Assembly: GCA_030704615.1 (NCBI GenBank)
Contig: CM060734.1
Span: 32,922,001 to 32,986,000 of the forward strand
DNA from: Takakia lepidozioides
Taxonomy: Eukaryota; Plantae; Bryophyta
Direction of reading: 5' to 3'
DNA: 64,000 nt
Shown here: piece by piece, positions 25,430 through 36,899 of the stretch
Position numbering within the stretch: position 1 is the first letter of the stretch
Layout of the letters: every line of letters begins with the position of its first letter
The notes under the pieces: model-generated
What the model was told of the DNA's origin: nothing
The model's database searches: none
The model's input: only the letters and a program-made list of their open reading frames with translations
Program-made: the position numbers and the translations under genes

Positions 25430-28158
25430 ATAGTTTACACGTGTATGGTGTACACGAGGCGGAGTTACAGGGGCTGATGTGCAGGGGGTTACATGGGCGT
25501 GGGTTACATGGATGATGGAGTTACAGTGGAGTTACACTTGAGTTACATTGGAGTTACATGTGGTGGGGGTTACATAATGCGGGGTTACATGGAATGATGG
25601 TTACACTAGGCGGACTTACAAATGGTTACATGGGGATGAGAGGATACCGAGGGTTACATGGGGTACGGAGGGTTACATGGTGTTACAACAGATGACACAG
25701 AGGGTTACATGGGATTACAACCCTTACATGGGGTACAAAGGGTTATATGGGTTAAAGAGGGTTACAGAGGGTTACAGCAGGTTACATGATGCGGGTTACA
25801 TGGAGTTAGGATTACATGGTGGTGAGGGTTATACCCGGCGGAGTTACAAAGGGTTACAAAGGGTTACATGGGATGAGGGTTACACTCGGCTGACTTACAG
25901 AGGGTTACATGGGGGTGAGGGTTACACCCGGCGGAGTTATAGGGGGTTACATAGGGTTACATAAGGTTGAGGGTTACACCCGGCGGAGTTCCAAGGGGTA
26001 CATGAATTACTTAGGGTTACATCGTGCAAACCCTCTGTACATGGGTCACATAGGGTTACAGAGGGTTACTTGGGGTGAGGGTTACACTCGGCGGATTTAC
26101 AGAGGGTTATATGGGGGTGAGGGTTACATGCGGCGGAGTTACAGGGGGTTACATAGGGTTGAGAGTTACAGAGGGTACATGAGTTACTTAGGATTACATG
26201 GGATACAGAGGGTTACAGATAGTTACTTGGGGTGAGGGTTATACTCGGCGGACCTACAGAGGGTTACATGAGGGTGAGGGTTATACCTGGCGGAGGTAAA
26301 GGGGATTATATGATACGGGTTTGCATTGGGGTTACACGATGTGGGTTTCATATGATGGGGTTACCTGGGATTACATTATGGGAGGGTTACATTATGTGGG
26401 GTTACAATGAGAGAAGATTACAAGGGAAAGGGGTTACAATGAGAGAAGGTTACAAGGGAAACGGGTTACACGACGTTGAGGATTACATTGATTACATATA
26501 GTGACGATTATAGGGTTACATAGGGATGAGGGTTACATGGGTTACATATGGCGAGGGTTACACCCGGGAAACCCTCACCCCAATGTAACCCATGCAACCC
26601 ATATGGTGAGGGTTACACCCGGCGGAGTTACAGAGGGTTACATATGGTGGGGGTTACATGGGATCACATAATGGGAGGGTTACATGATGCGGGATAACAT
26701 GGAATGAGGGTTAAACCCTGTGGAATAACAGAGGGTTACATGGATTACAAACGGTTACAGAGGGTCATGGGGTTACATGGGTTACAAAGGATTACATGGA
26801 GTGAGGGTTACATAGGGGTGAGGGTGACATTCTGCGGTGTTACAGAGGGTTACATGGTGGTGAGGGTTACAGAGGGTCATAGAGGGTTACATGGGTTACA
26901 TGGGTTACAAAGGGACGACTTGGGTTACACTCTGTGGTGTTACAGAGGGTTAGATGGATTATAGAGGGTTATAGAGGGTTACAACAGGTTATATGGGTCA
27001 CATGGGTTACAGAGGGTTAAAGAGGGTTACATGGATTACAGAGGGTTATATGGTGGTGAGGGTTACACTCGGCGGAGTTACAGAGGATTACATGGGGTAC
27101 AGATGGTTACATGGGTCACAGAGGGTGACAAAGGGTGACATAGGTTATAGAGGGTTACAAAGGGTCATAGAGGGTTACATGGGTCACAGAGGGTCATAGA
27201 GGGTTATAGAGGGTCACATAGGGTTACATGGGTTACAATGAGTTATATGGGTTACATGGATTACAGAGGGTTACATGGAGTTAGGGTTACACAGGAGTGA
27301 GGGTGACACTCTGCGGTGTTCCAAAGGGTTACATGGGTTACATGGAGTGAGGGTTACATAGGGGTAAGGGTGACACTCTACTGTGTTCAGAGGTAACATG
27401 GAGTGAGGGTTACATAGGGGTGAGAGTGACACTCTCCGGTGACACTCTACAGAGGGTTAAAGAGGGTTACATAGGGGTGAGGGTGACACTCTGCGGTGAC
27501 ACTCTACAGAGGGTTACAGAGGGTTGCAGAGGGTTACATGGATTACAGAGGGTTACATGGTGGTGAGGGTTACAGAGGGTCACAGAGGGTTACATGGGTT
27601 ACAGAGGTTACATAGGGGTGAGGGGGACACTCTGCGGTGACTCTACAGAGGGTTACAGAGGGTTACATGGTGGTGAGGGTCACATAGGGTCACATGGGTT
27701 ACAACGGGTTATATGGGTTACGTGGATTACAAAGGGTTACATGGTTTATAGAGGGTTACATAGGGGTGAGGGGGACACTCTGCGGTGACACTCTACAGAG
27801 GGTTACATGGGTTACAGAGGGTTACATGGTGATGAGGGTTACACTCGACGGAGTTACATAGGGTTACATGGGGGTGAGGGTTACACCCGGGGGGGGGGTT
27901 ACAGGGGCTCACGTGGAGGGGGTTACAAGGGGTGTGGGTTACAGGGAATTGGCAGAGTGGTGGAAGCGGCTGGTGTCGCAGAACGACGACGTAGGCGGCG
28001 ACGCCGCCGATGGGATGAGAGCGGGGTGGGGAGGGATTGACCGAGCCCAACCGGCTGCCTTTCGATGCCGGAGACGGAGAACCGGCGGTACGGGGTGTCA
28101 GGGCTGGACTGTCCTGACGCGCTCGCATTAAGTTCTTACATTATTTCTATTATCTTCC
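25430..28158 (-). repeat. Right inverted arm: GGGTTACA-motif array plus unique terminus
   Basis: Reverse complement of the left arm; longer because of internal duplications. Confidence 0.93.
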
Positions 28159-29704
28159 GAGGGAAAGCGAGAGGGGTGTGTAGGGTTATAAAGGCCAAGG
28201 ATGAGATTCTGATAGATGAAACTATGACGTGGGAATATTACAGCCACCGAACAGCTGTCGCGAATTGAAGTGCGACAAATGAGAGAATATAATATAATAG
28301 CTACGTCACCTCGAACGTCAACTGAATCGGCACCTGAATTCGAGAGCTCGTGCAGAACTAGCAGACAGACTCTTTTTTGGGGGTGAAGAAACTGTAGACA
28401 ATAATGACTGGAGAATAGAGAATAGTGTTGATTCCTAGGTAGGGTTTTCATTGAGGTAGGCTCAAGAGGGGCAACCCCCTTTATACATAAGATTAGTAAG
28501 AGAAGGAGAGGGGGACGGAGAATTCAGATCCTCAAAGATTCTAATCTCTCTACAGATGATTTCTGTAAAATGAAAGGTGAAATAAGAACTTGTTTGATAT
28601 AGTCTTGACATGACTTTCCACTTCTGTTGTGTCTTCAATTCAATGTGGATTCTATCCTTTGAATGTTAAAACTAGGCATTAGCTGAGTCTTCAGTGCGTG
28701 TGCAACTTCTGCTGGGAGCTCATGAGCCAATGGGGAGATATAACAGCTGGTCACTCATTGTTACACAAGGTATAGGTCTTGTTCTCTTAATTGACTAAGT
28801 TAAGAGACAGCATACTGCTCTAGTTTCCTTCCTCCTATTTGTTGGATCTTCTTCTCAGTAGCTTTACTTCATGGTTTGTCTTGGGGCCTTTGATTTCATT
28901 GAAAAACTCTTCCTTACCTTGGCTGAGGGATTCTCTTTCTTTAGTCAGTTAGCATTTATAGGTGACTACAGAGATTTCTAGGTTGTCCCATACATATATA
29001 ATATCTTGAATTCTAATCTTTCCTACTTGATACCCCTGTACAGACATTAAGCTGGTCACAGAAAAATCCTTGAAGGGTGTAAGCCATGATGCCTGGCATC
29101 AAAATTAGATTCAAAGTTGGTTGCTTTCAAGCTTGAGTGGCTTCTACCAGTGTGGAAGGATGGAATACCTCCATGTGCTACGCTGAGATTGTTATGGGTA
29201 AAAATTCCATGGGATCTGTGTCTCCCATGCTCCAACATCTCACTCTTTATGCTCTGCTTCTGCACAAAGTTAAATCAAGACAACAGCTGTATTGTAGTTG
29301 GACAAGATTCAAGAGATGTTATTGTCAGATAGTGCAAGGGTGAACTCAGCACTCAATGTTTTGAGGTGGATCTAAGAATGCATTTGACAAACCAAACATG
29401 TCTAATGGCCACAGGTTACGTACTAAACTAGAAGCACATCACATGGATCTTATCCTTCACACAGGGGGATGTCACTGCGGTGACATCCTTGTAAGAGCAT
29501 TTATGGAAAGGGAATGATGATACATAATTCACAGCTGCAAGAATCCATCCAATCCATATAAAGCTCACCTAGATTAGACATGAAATTCTGCTCATGCTTC
29601 GAAAGCAATACAGCACCTCTATGTGACTCATGGGTTAATAAATCAATTGCAATAGCAAGGCTTATGTCTGAGAACAGATGACCTTACTGACAGTCACCTT
29701 GGCA

Positions 29705-30322
29705 TCACGAGGTCCTGGTTTGAACTCCTGACATTTGTTGGTGGCCATCAACATCTCCCACTCCCCCTGTTCTCAAGACTCTATTGATCCATTCTCCCTC
29801 AGGTACAACATCTGCCCAACTGGGACGAAATCCTCCTATTGTGATCCCTCTCATTGCGTTTAGAATAGTTTCACAATGCTCTGCAGGCAAACGAGCGGAC
29901 CTTCGGGCGGCATCAGCTAATTCAGCTTCCTTGATTGCATGTTCTGCTGCAATTCTTTGTCTCTCTTCCTCTTCTTCTTCCTCACAATCCAAAGCATTCG
30001 GATCACTCTCAGAGGCCTGGCTATTTCCTAATTGCAAAAGCTCTAGCCCTCGAACATTTCCGTAAACGGTGACATCGACCCCATTGATATTCACTACTGT
30101 TCCCTGGAATCTGGCGCCAGTGGTCTGAATGGGCCTGTCCAGTTCCACTTCACCCTGCAACAATTCGTGGGCATGCCCGTTTGCAACACCATTTGAGAAA
30201 GGCCTGAGCTCAGATTCATCCTCTTCACCAAGGTTCTCGGGTAGTTGCAAGTAGCCCTCATGCTGAATCCCATTACCTCCCTCCTCATTGTTTTGTTGCT
30301 CTGGAACATGCACTACAATCAT
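29705..30322 (-). CDS. MEA1 (male-enhanced antigen 1)-like acidic protein
   Basis: Intact ORF from ATG at 30322. C-terminal AEHCETILNAMRGITIGGFRPSWADVVPEGEWINRV resembles the MEA1 core. An upstream exon has a GTAAGT donor at 30899 and a TAG acceptor at 30363. Confidence 0.75.
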   Translation of the reverse strand: MIVVHVPEQQNNEEGGNGIQHEGYLQLPENLGEEDESELRPFSNGVANGHAHELLQGEVELDRPIQTTGARFQGTVVNINGVDVTVYGNVRGLELLQLGNSQASESDPNALDCEEEEEEERQRIAAEHAIKEAELADAARRSARLPAEHCETILNAMRGITIGGFRPSWADVVPEGEWINRVLRTGGVGDVDGHQQMSGVQTRTS

Positions 30323-30444
30323 CTCACTCTCCACAAGCAGGAATGGCCCAAATCAATCCCCTCTATGTGACCAACAAACAGTCAGCGTTACGAAGCCCTT
30401 CATTGTAACTTTTTCATCATGGAAGCCTCCAATCTCAAATTTTG

Positions 30445-30887
30445 CTGAAGCAACGCATCATCCGGATTCTTGGAGCGTTTATTTTCTCAGACATCCGGAA
30501 TCATCCATGAGATCTTATTAGGCATCATTATTCACCAGGGTTTAAGTTGATTATAATGCGGGCGAATCATTTCTTGGTGATTCCATCCTTTGAGCTCGCA
30601 CGCAAGAACTTCCCAATGATGCAAATTTTACTTCACATAATATGAATGAACATGAAATGTAGAGGGCTGAAGGAACGCATCATCGGGATTCTTGGAGCGA
30701 CTATTTTCTCAGACATCCGGAATAATCCATGAGATCTTATTAGGCATCACTACTCACCAGGGTTGAAGTTGATTATAATGCGGGCGAATCATTTCTTGGT
30801 GATTCTATCCTTTGAGCTCGCAAGCAAGAACTTCCCAATGATGCAAATCTTACTTCACATAATATGAATGAACACGAAATGTAGAGG
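30445..30887. repeat. Tandem duplication (~222 bp x2) in the leader intron of the MEA1-like gene
   Basis: CTGAAG(C/G)AACGCATCATC... starts at ~30445 and ~30667; the two copies are highly similar. Confidence 0.9.
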
Positions 30888-30918
30888 GAGATGACTTACC
30901 AGCAGGGAGAAAAGCCAT

Positions 30919-31223
30919 AGCAAAGTTCCACACAAAACCTCAAACACAATCTGCGCTCATACAAGGGATTAGGGTTGTGGAGCTCTAGTCCGGTGTGGCA
31001 GTCAGATGTGCATTCTGGAAACCACACGCACAAAGCCCTAATTCTCACTGGAGAACCGTCCTCCTGCAGTAATAACTAATAACCCCATACTCTGATCCGG
31101 GGGTATAAGTTAGGGCACAAGATTCATTCATCCGCCTCCTTCCGGAACCCTAAACCTTGATAGCGGCAGAAGTCGGCGTTGCACATAAACCCTCGACTCG
31201 GAAGGGGAGTAGAGCTGCCTGCC
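30919..31223. promoter_or_regulatory. Short bidirectional promoter region with telo-box-like motifs
   Basis: About 300 bp between head-to-head genes; contains TTAGGGTT (~30969), AAGCCCTAA (~31033) and AACCCTAAA (~31146). Confidence 0.6.
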
Positions 31224-34200
31224 ATGGTGCTTGCAAGATCTAAGTTGAAGAGGAAAAGAACGGAGGATGCTGGGGCTTTGGGTGTGGCGGCCCCTTTACT
31301 ACCAGACCACGGGTCGGCTGCTGTGAAAGATTCTGAAGGCAGGCAGAACGGATCTGGGGAAACTTCTTTAAAGAGGAAGAAGAAACGGAGAGGAAGGAAG
31401 CCTTTGGATGCTTGTGAAAATGCTGGAGCGGATGAACAATGGACGGACGCGGATAATGCTATTACCAAGAAAAGAAAGAGGAATGGAGCTGTAGCTACCA
31501 CGGAAATAGAGACTACGGTGGAGCAAAGGGAGGGCGAGACAGACAAGCCGAAGAAGAGACGAAAGAAAAATCCTCAGAAGCTCGGAGAGAGTCCTCTGAA
31601 GATTGTAACTATTGAAGGACAGGAAGTAACAGGAGGGCAAGAGGCGCAGAAGATTCTAAATGATGCAGAACGGGAAACACCAGAAGGGAAACAGGTGGAG
31701 ACGAATGAGGGAGAGACGGTTGTTTATTGGAAAAAGAGGGCTAAACCACGCTGGACATTGATAGACGGGAAGCGAGTCCGGCCAAAAAGGAACGAGGATG
31801 AAGGGGAGAAAGAATCCAAGGACAATGACGTATCGCATGAGGCGGATGGCACCGGACAAAGCAATGGGAACGGATCTGACTTTCATGGAGGGGAGGGGCC
31901 TGGGGGAAATGGCCATATAGCTGTCGTGACTGTTGGAGGGGAGGGATCTCACTATTACGAGAATGGTGGGCCTAGATCGGAGTTCATGCAAGGATTGAAA
32001 GCAGGAAAGAAGAAGAAGCCGAAGAAAGAAAAAGGGACTGACCGATGGGGGAACAGGGTAGGTGCTGATATTACATCAGAGAGAAGAGAAGGAGAATCTG
32101 AGTACAGCAAAATGAGCGAAGCTGAGAATGGAGGGGGTGCTAAACCTCAGAGGTACGTCTACGCATAATATCATTAAGAGGTCGTTTGAGAGTGTTCTCA
32201 AACACATGAATGCTTTGGGAGATGGAGATTCTAAGTCAGTGATGTATGCCAATGTCTACTTCGTGGACGATGATTTGCTGTCATTGTACATGGAATCGTA
32301 ATAGAATTGGCTCAGGTTCCGGAATGTTTTATTACGATTGAATTGGGCCACCGAGGGGCAACTATGGTCGTGCGAGGAACGTTGCAAGTCACAGTAATTT
32401 GGGATGACCATATTACCACATAAATGGCGCAATGGAGAAGGATTTTTGCCCCAGATTTGAGGATGTGGTTTTAAGATCTAAATCTTAGTGAGAGGGTAGC
32501 GCAACTGAGAATGTCAAGGTGTCCATGCCATGTTTTCAATGTCTGACTGAGTTGTTTTGTCGAATCCAGCCAGGAGGAGCAGTATGATCTGAAGAAGGTT
32601 ATGGTTGGAGGGATGCCCTACTATACAACTGAAGATGACATTCATGATTATTTCTCTGAGTGTGGCACCATTGCAGAGTTGGATTGTGTGACGTTTTCGG
32701 ACTCTGGAAGGTTTCGCGGAATAGCTTTTATCACATTTAAGGTGCCCCCTCTTGCCATACCGGGTGTGATTAGTAAATCCTGCTCTGGCTAAGGAGCGTT
32801 TCTATGGGCAATCTCATTGTCAATCGCATCTTAGTGGCACTGGTCAATGACTTTTCCATCATTTAGAAATGGGCAAGGATGAGATCGGCACTCACTAGTA
32901 TTATATGATGTGCGATTTCTTTCATTCATTGCCCCCCCAAATGTTACACGGGGTTTTGTTAGTCTCCATTAAGAGTTTGTTCCATGTGGCTTCATGTCTA
33001 TCTTCAAATGAATTATCTTAGTTATACTCTGGGTTTAGTAGTCGCTCTATGTGGTGTCATACGATTGAGCTAGTTCTGAAACTGTATATTCCTTACATAC
33101 TCCACCTTGTCACCTACCATGTCGTTTCCTTAAGTACCTTACTCAGTGCAGAATCATATTTGATAGGTTCTTTTAGAATCCAATGGTGTCAGGTCTGGCT
33201 ACGCTTGCAATGATGTTATTCTATAGGAAGAGCAGATGCCTGCACTTTCAAGCTGGCAAAAGCTGTCAACAGACAATTTACTGATGCATTGCATAGCCTT
33301 TAAAGGGGTCCTGCTTGTGTTTCTCTAAATATTTTTATTATTTCTATTGAAGTCTCAGGTAGTGATTTCTGCCTTATGTACTTTACTCCAGTGCAGAATC
33401 ATATTGATAGGTTCTTTTAGAATCCTATGGTGACAGGTCTGGCTATGCTTGCAATGATGTTATCTATAGGAAGAGCAGATGCCTGCACTTTCAAGCTGGC
33501 AAAAGCTGTCAACAGACAATTTACTGATGCATTGCATAGCCTTTAAAGGGATCCTCAGCTTGTGTTTCTCTAAATATTTTTATTATTTCTATTGAAGTCT
33601 CAGGTAGTAATATGATCTCCTAAATGGACTCTGCGGCTATGATGGTGCAATACACCATGTCACTTATATGACCTTTCTGTGTTGGCAGACTGAGGCTGCT
33701 GTGAAAAAGGCATTAGCACTTGACGGGTCAGACATGTAAGTGTGCTTTATCAAATATGGACTTTCTTCAATTCTTATATTAGCTGTTCATGTCATCTGCA
33801 TGCTAGAAATTATGTGCCAGTATTCTGACTGCATGTGTATTGTGATATCTTCTATGGAACATTGATTGGGTTCTAGGTGATTATTAGAGTAATAATGTTG
33901 TGTTGTGTGTGTGTATGTGCAGGGGCGGCCGCTTCTTGAAAATTGACCTTTGCAAAATTAAACCCCGAGATGTTTTCAAGAAAGAGACGCAATCTCGAGA
34001 TCCCCCTTCAAAACATGAGGGCTGCACATCTGCATATATAGGGAATCTGGCTTGGGATATCACAGAAAAAGAATTACGAAAGTTTTTCAAGAACTGCAAA
34101 GTGGATTCGATTCGACTTGCTGTCAATAAAGAGACCGGTGAGTTCCGGGGGTTTGGACATGTTGATTTTGCAGATGACGAGTCACTAGAAGCTGCCATGA

Positions 34201-34385
34201 AGCTAGATCAACATGAGGTCCTTGGTAGACCTCTTAAGATAGCATATGCAGTGCCCAAGCAGAGTGAAGTTAGAAGTGAGATAAAGCAGAACCCTTCAGA
34301 GTATCCCAAAAAGGCACGGGCTTGTTATAGTTGTGGTGAAGAAGGGCATCTTTCATACCACTGCCCTAAGAAACCAGTGAATTAG
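31224..34385 (+). CDS. PHIP1: Lys-rich 2xRRM + CCHC zinc-knuckle RNA-binding protein (PHIP1/gar2-like)
   Basis: Exons 31224-32152, 32570-32741, 33689-33735 and 33923-34385 are in phase. MVLARSKLKRK start. RRM1: VMVGGMPY...FRGIAFITF. RRM2: AYIGNL...FRGFGHVDF. Knuckle: CYSCGEEGHLSYHC. Architecture is certain; the symbol is by similarity from memory. Confidence 0.88.
33130..33608. repeat. Tandem duplication (~240 bp x2) in intron 2 of the RRM gene
   Basis: CAGTGCAGAATCATATT...GAAGTCTCAGGTAGT occurs twice, nearly identical. Confidence 0.9.
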
Positions 34386-35665
34386 GTGTTGCAAGATGCT
34401 TCCTGAAATGTGGATCCAGAGAAAGTGCAGGTATCTCAAGATATATAAATATGTAGATGGTGGTATGAAAAAGTTGTTGTCATCCTCTTCTCCAAAGGTT
34501 TTTGTACATGCGAGTCATTGACAATCCTTGGGATTGTGACCATACAAGCTAGGTATATGTAGGCCTGTTTTCTTTACTAGCTGACATTCGCGAACGCGGG
34601 TCCTTCAATAGAGTATCCTGGGAGTCATGCTTGTGATGTTACAATTGCTGAGTAGAATGGAGGGTGACTTGTACATGCAAATCTCCCTGTCCTGTATATG
34701 GGTTACCCAAATACCATATCCAAGTTCCAGGTTTTGGGTGTGCTTGTAGTGTAAAAAGTCTTTAGTCTGTTGGTTCCGACAAAAGGGGTCTGGAGGTTAC
34801 GATGTATTTGTTGGGTGGGTCCATTTTTTGAGATCCAATGTTTATCAAGTGTGAGAAATGCATCAAATTTTGACAGTGTAATCAGAAGTATTCCACTTGA
34901 AGTTAATCTGCTGCAACATCCAGAGGATGAAACAGCAACATCGAGCTGACCGCCGGCAGGTGAGAGTGTGACCCGCCTAACATGGGGACCAATATTTAGT
35001 TCCGGAATCCAGTGAGTAATAAACAAACCATGCAGTTTTGGAATGTCATGTGGCAAATCTATCAACAATATAATTGATTGTGTTGTGGTGGGGATCCTCG
35101 ATCCCTGGTTCGATCAAGTGGTCCACAAGTGATTGAAATGGTCCACAATTGTGTGTGGCAACTCCTGCTTTTGTGAAAAAACCAACAGGCAATGCTCCAG
35201 GGGTTGTGTTCTTTCCTGTTCTATGTGGTGGGGAAGATTTGACAAACCAGAAACTGGCGGGGTACCATCCTGTGAGAGGTTGCACGCTTCCATTAAGTTT
35301 TTTTGTTTTTTGTTTTTTAGTAATATAACAGGGACAGAGACCCTGAAGCTTTATTTTATAATTGTTAGAGGGGAAAAAATTAAAACCCTCCTTTACACCA
35401 TAAGGCACACACACCGTCGTCAGTGAAGGGGGGAATTTGCTACTCATTCCGAGTATGATACGATCTACGAAGGCCCATGATCTTAAAACCAAACTTATGC
35501 AAAAAGATCAGTGTCACTTATAGAGAAGATCATCCGAATCCGTTAAGAACGTGGGGTGCAGTTGTGAGTCGCTTTCTGCGGACTACCAAGTAGCCCATTG
35601 ATCAGCGAAAGCTGAGCTTTGAGACTTTTGATGACTGCTTGAAATGCTTCCAATTTATATCTCTA

Positions 35666-36190
35666 TCAAACTCCGGTGATGCTGTGGACGGTGCCGCGGA
35701 TGTCCCTCCAGGCAGTCGGGGGCAGGACATTCCATAGGCAGCTGTCTGGGCTGGAGTTGTAGCATAGGATGCCCTCCCTCCCCCATGTCGAGGTAAAGGT
35801 ACTGTGGAGCGCACCTGCCTGTCGTGGCGCTCTTTCAACATCTGCACACAGTTTTTTCCAAGCCCTTTTCGCCTCAATTTGAAGGTCCTGGTAAACGTTA
35901 GTGAGAAGGGCAGATATTCCACAAGTTCTAGCAGAGTAAGTTCTATTGCATCTTGCTTTCCAAATGTGCCAGAGTGTTGAGCTCCGAAGAGTGTCAAATA
36001 CTGGGCAGGGTAGCACTCTGGTTTTGGAGCTCTGGTCAGAGTTTAGAAGAATGTGAATTTGGGATATAGAGCATTGATTCCAGGGTCTGTAGAAACTCTT
36101 TACTTTGGGCCAGAGAATAGCAGGTGCTTGGCAATGCAGCAGGCAATGCTCGAGGGTTTCCATAACAGCCAATGAGCAACATCTGCACAC
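35666..36190 (-). mobile_element. LINE 3' fragment (zf-RVT region)
   Basis: CRCC..METLEHCLLHC....LW ... LWHIWKARCNRTY, typical of an L1-clade ORF2 C-terminus. Confidence 0.85.
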
Positions 36191-36899
36191 GAGGGCTTCA
36201 TTGCATTAAGTTATTAACTCAATTTTAAGTAAATCTGGACATCTGATAAATAATTTTAATTGATTAATTAATATAAAAATAATTCTATATTCAGTATTAA
36301 CAATGCATTAAAGCTTAAAATTTTGGATTCGAAAGGATTAGTCCATACCACGGGAGACCTCCCATGTTACATCTGATATCAACAACAACATCGCGAGGAT
36401 ACAATTTAGAATGTCAAATTCAGAAGGGGCCACCATTGAAATCGATATTTAAAACGACACTCCGCTAGGGAAAAAAACACAATTTTCGGACCAGACAAAT
36501 CCTTATCATCTTCAGAAAACGAACAAATTGGGAATCATAACTATATTCTTCAATGAGCGCTATGGTGAATGAAAATATTAATGATGTCAGTCTACAATAG
36601 TCAAGTCACTATAGCGTAAAGGAAAATATCATCAACCAGAACTAAACTTAATTAAGATGTCGGCAGCCAGGGTTCAAATCGCTAGAGATATAAAGGACAC
36701 AGAGAATTCAAGGTCAACTTCTGATTGTCAAAGGAGCTCCCCAAAAAACCTTGTAATCACCACTAAGATCAACATTAACGAGATTTCCCGTGCACATCTC
36801 TACATTGTGTTTAATCAGACTCACTTTGATCGTTCGCAGCATATAGATTTGCTTTCACTCTAACCGCTTCCGCCAATACGTCTAGAGCTCCACTTGGAG

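Larger units (their letters stand above)
11639..28158. mobile_element. 16.5-kb Mutator-superfamily Foldback-type element with very long TIRs
   Basis: Terminal inverted repeats GGAAGATAATAG(G/A)AATAATGTAAGAACTTAATGCGAGCGCGTCAGG at both ends. An exact 9-bp TSD GAGGGAAAG lies at 11630-11638 and 28159-28167. An internal MULE-type transposase 5' part is present. Confidence 0.92.
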
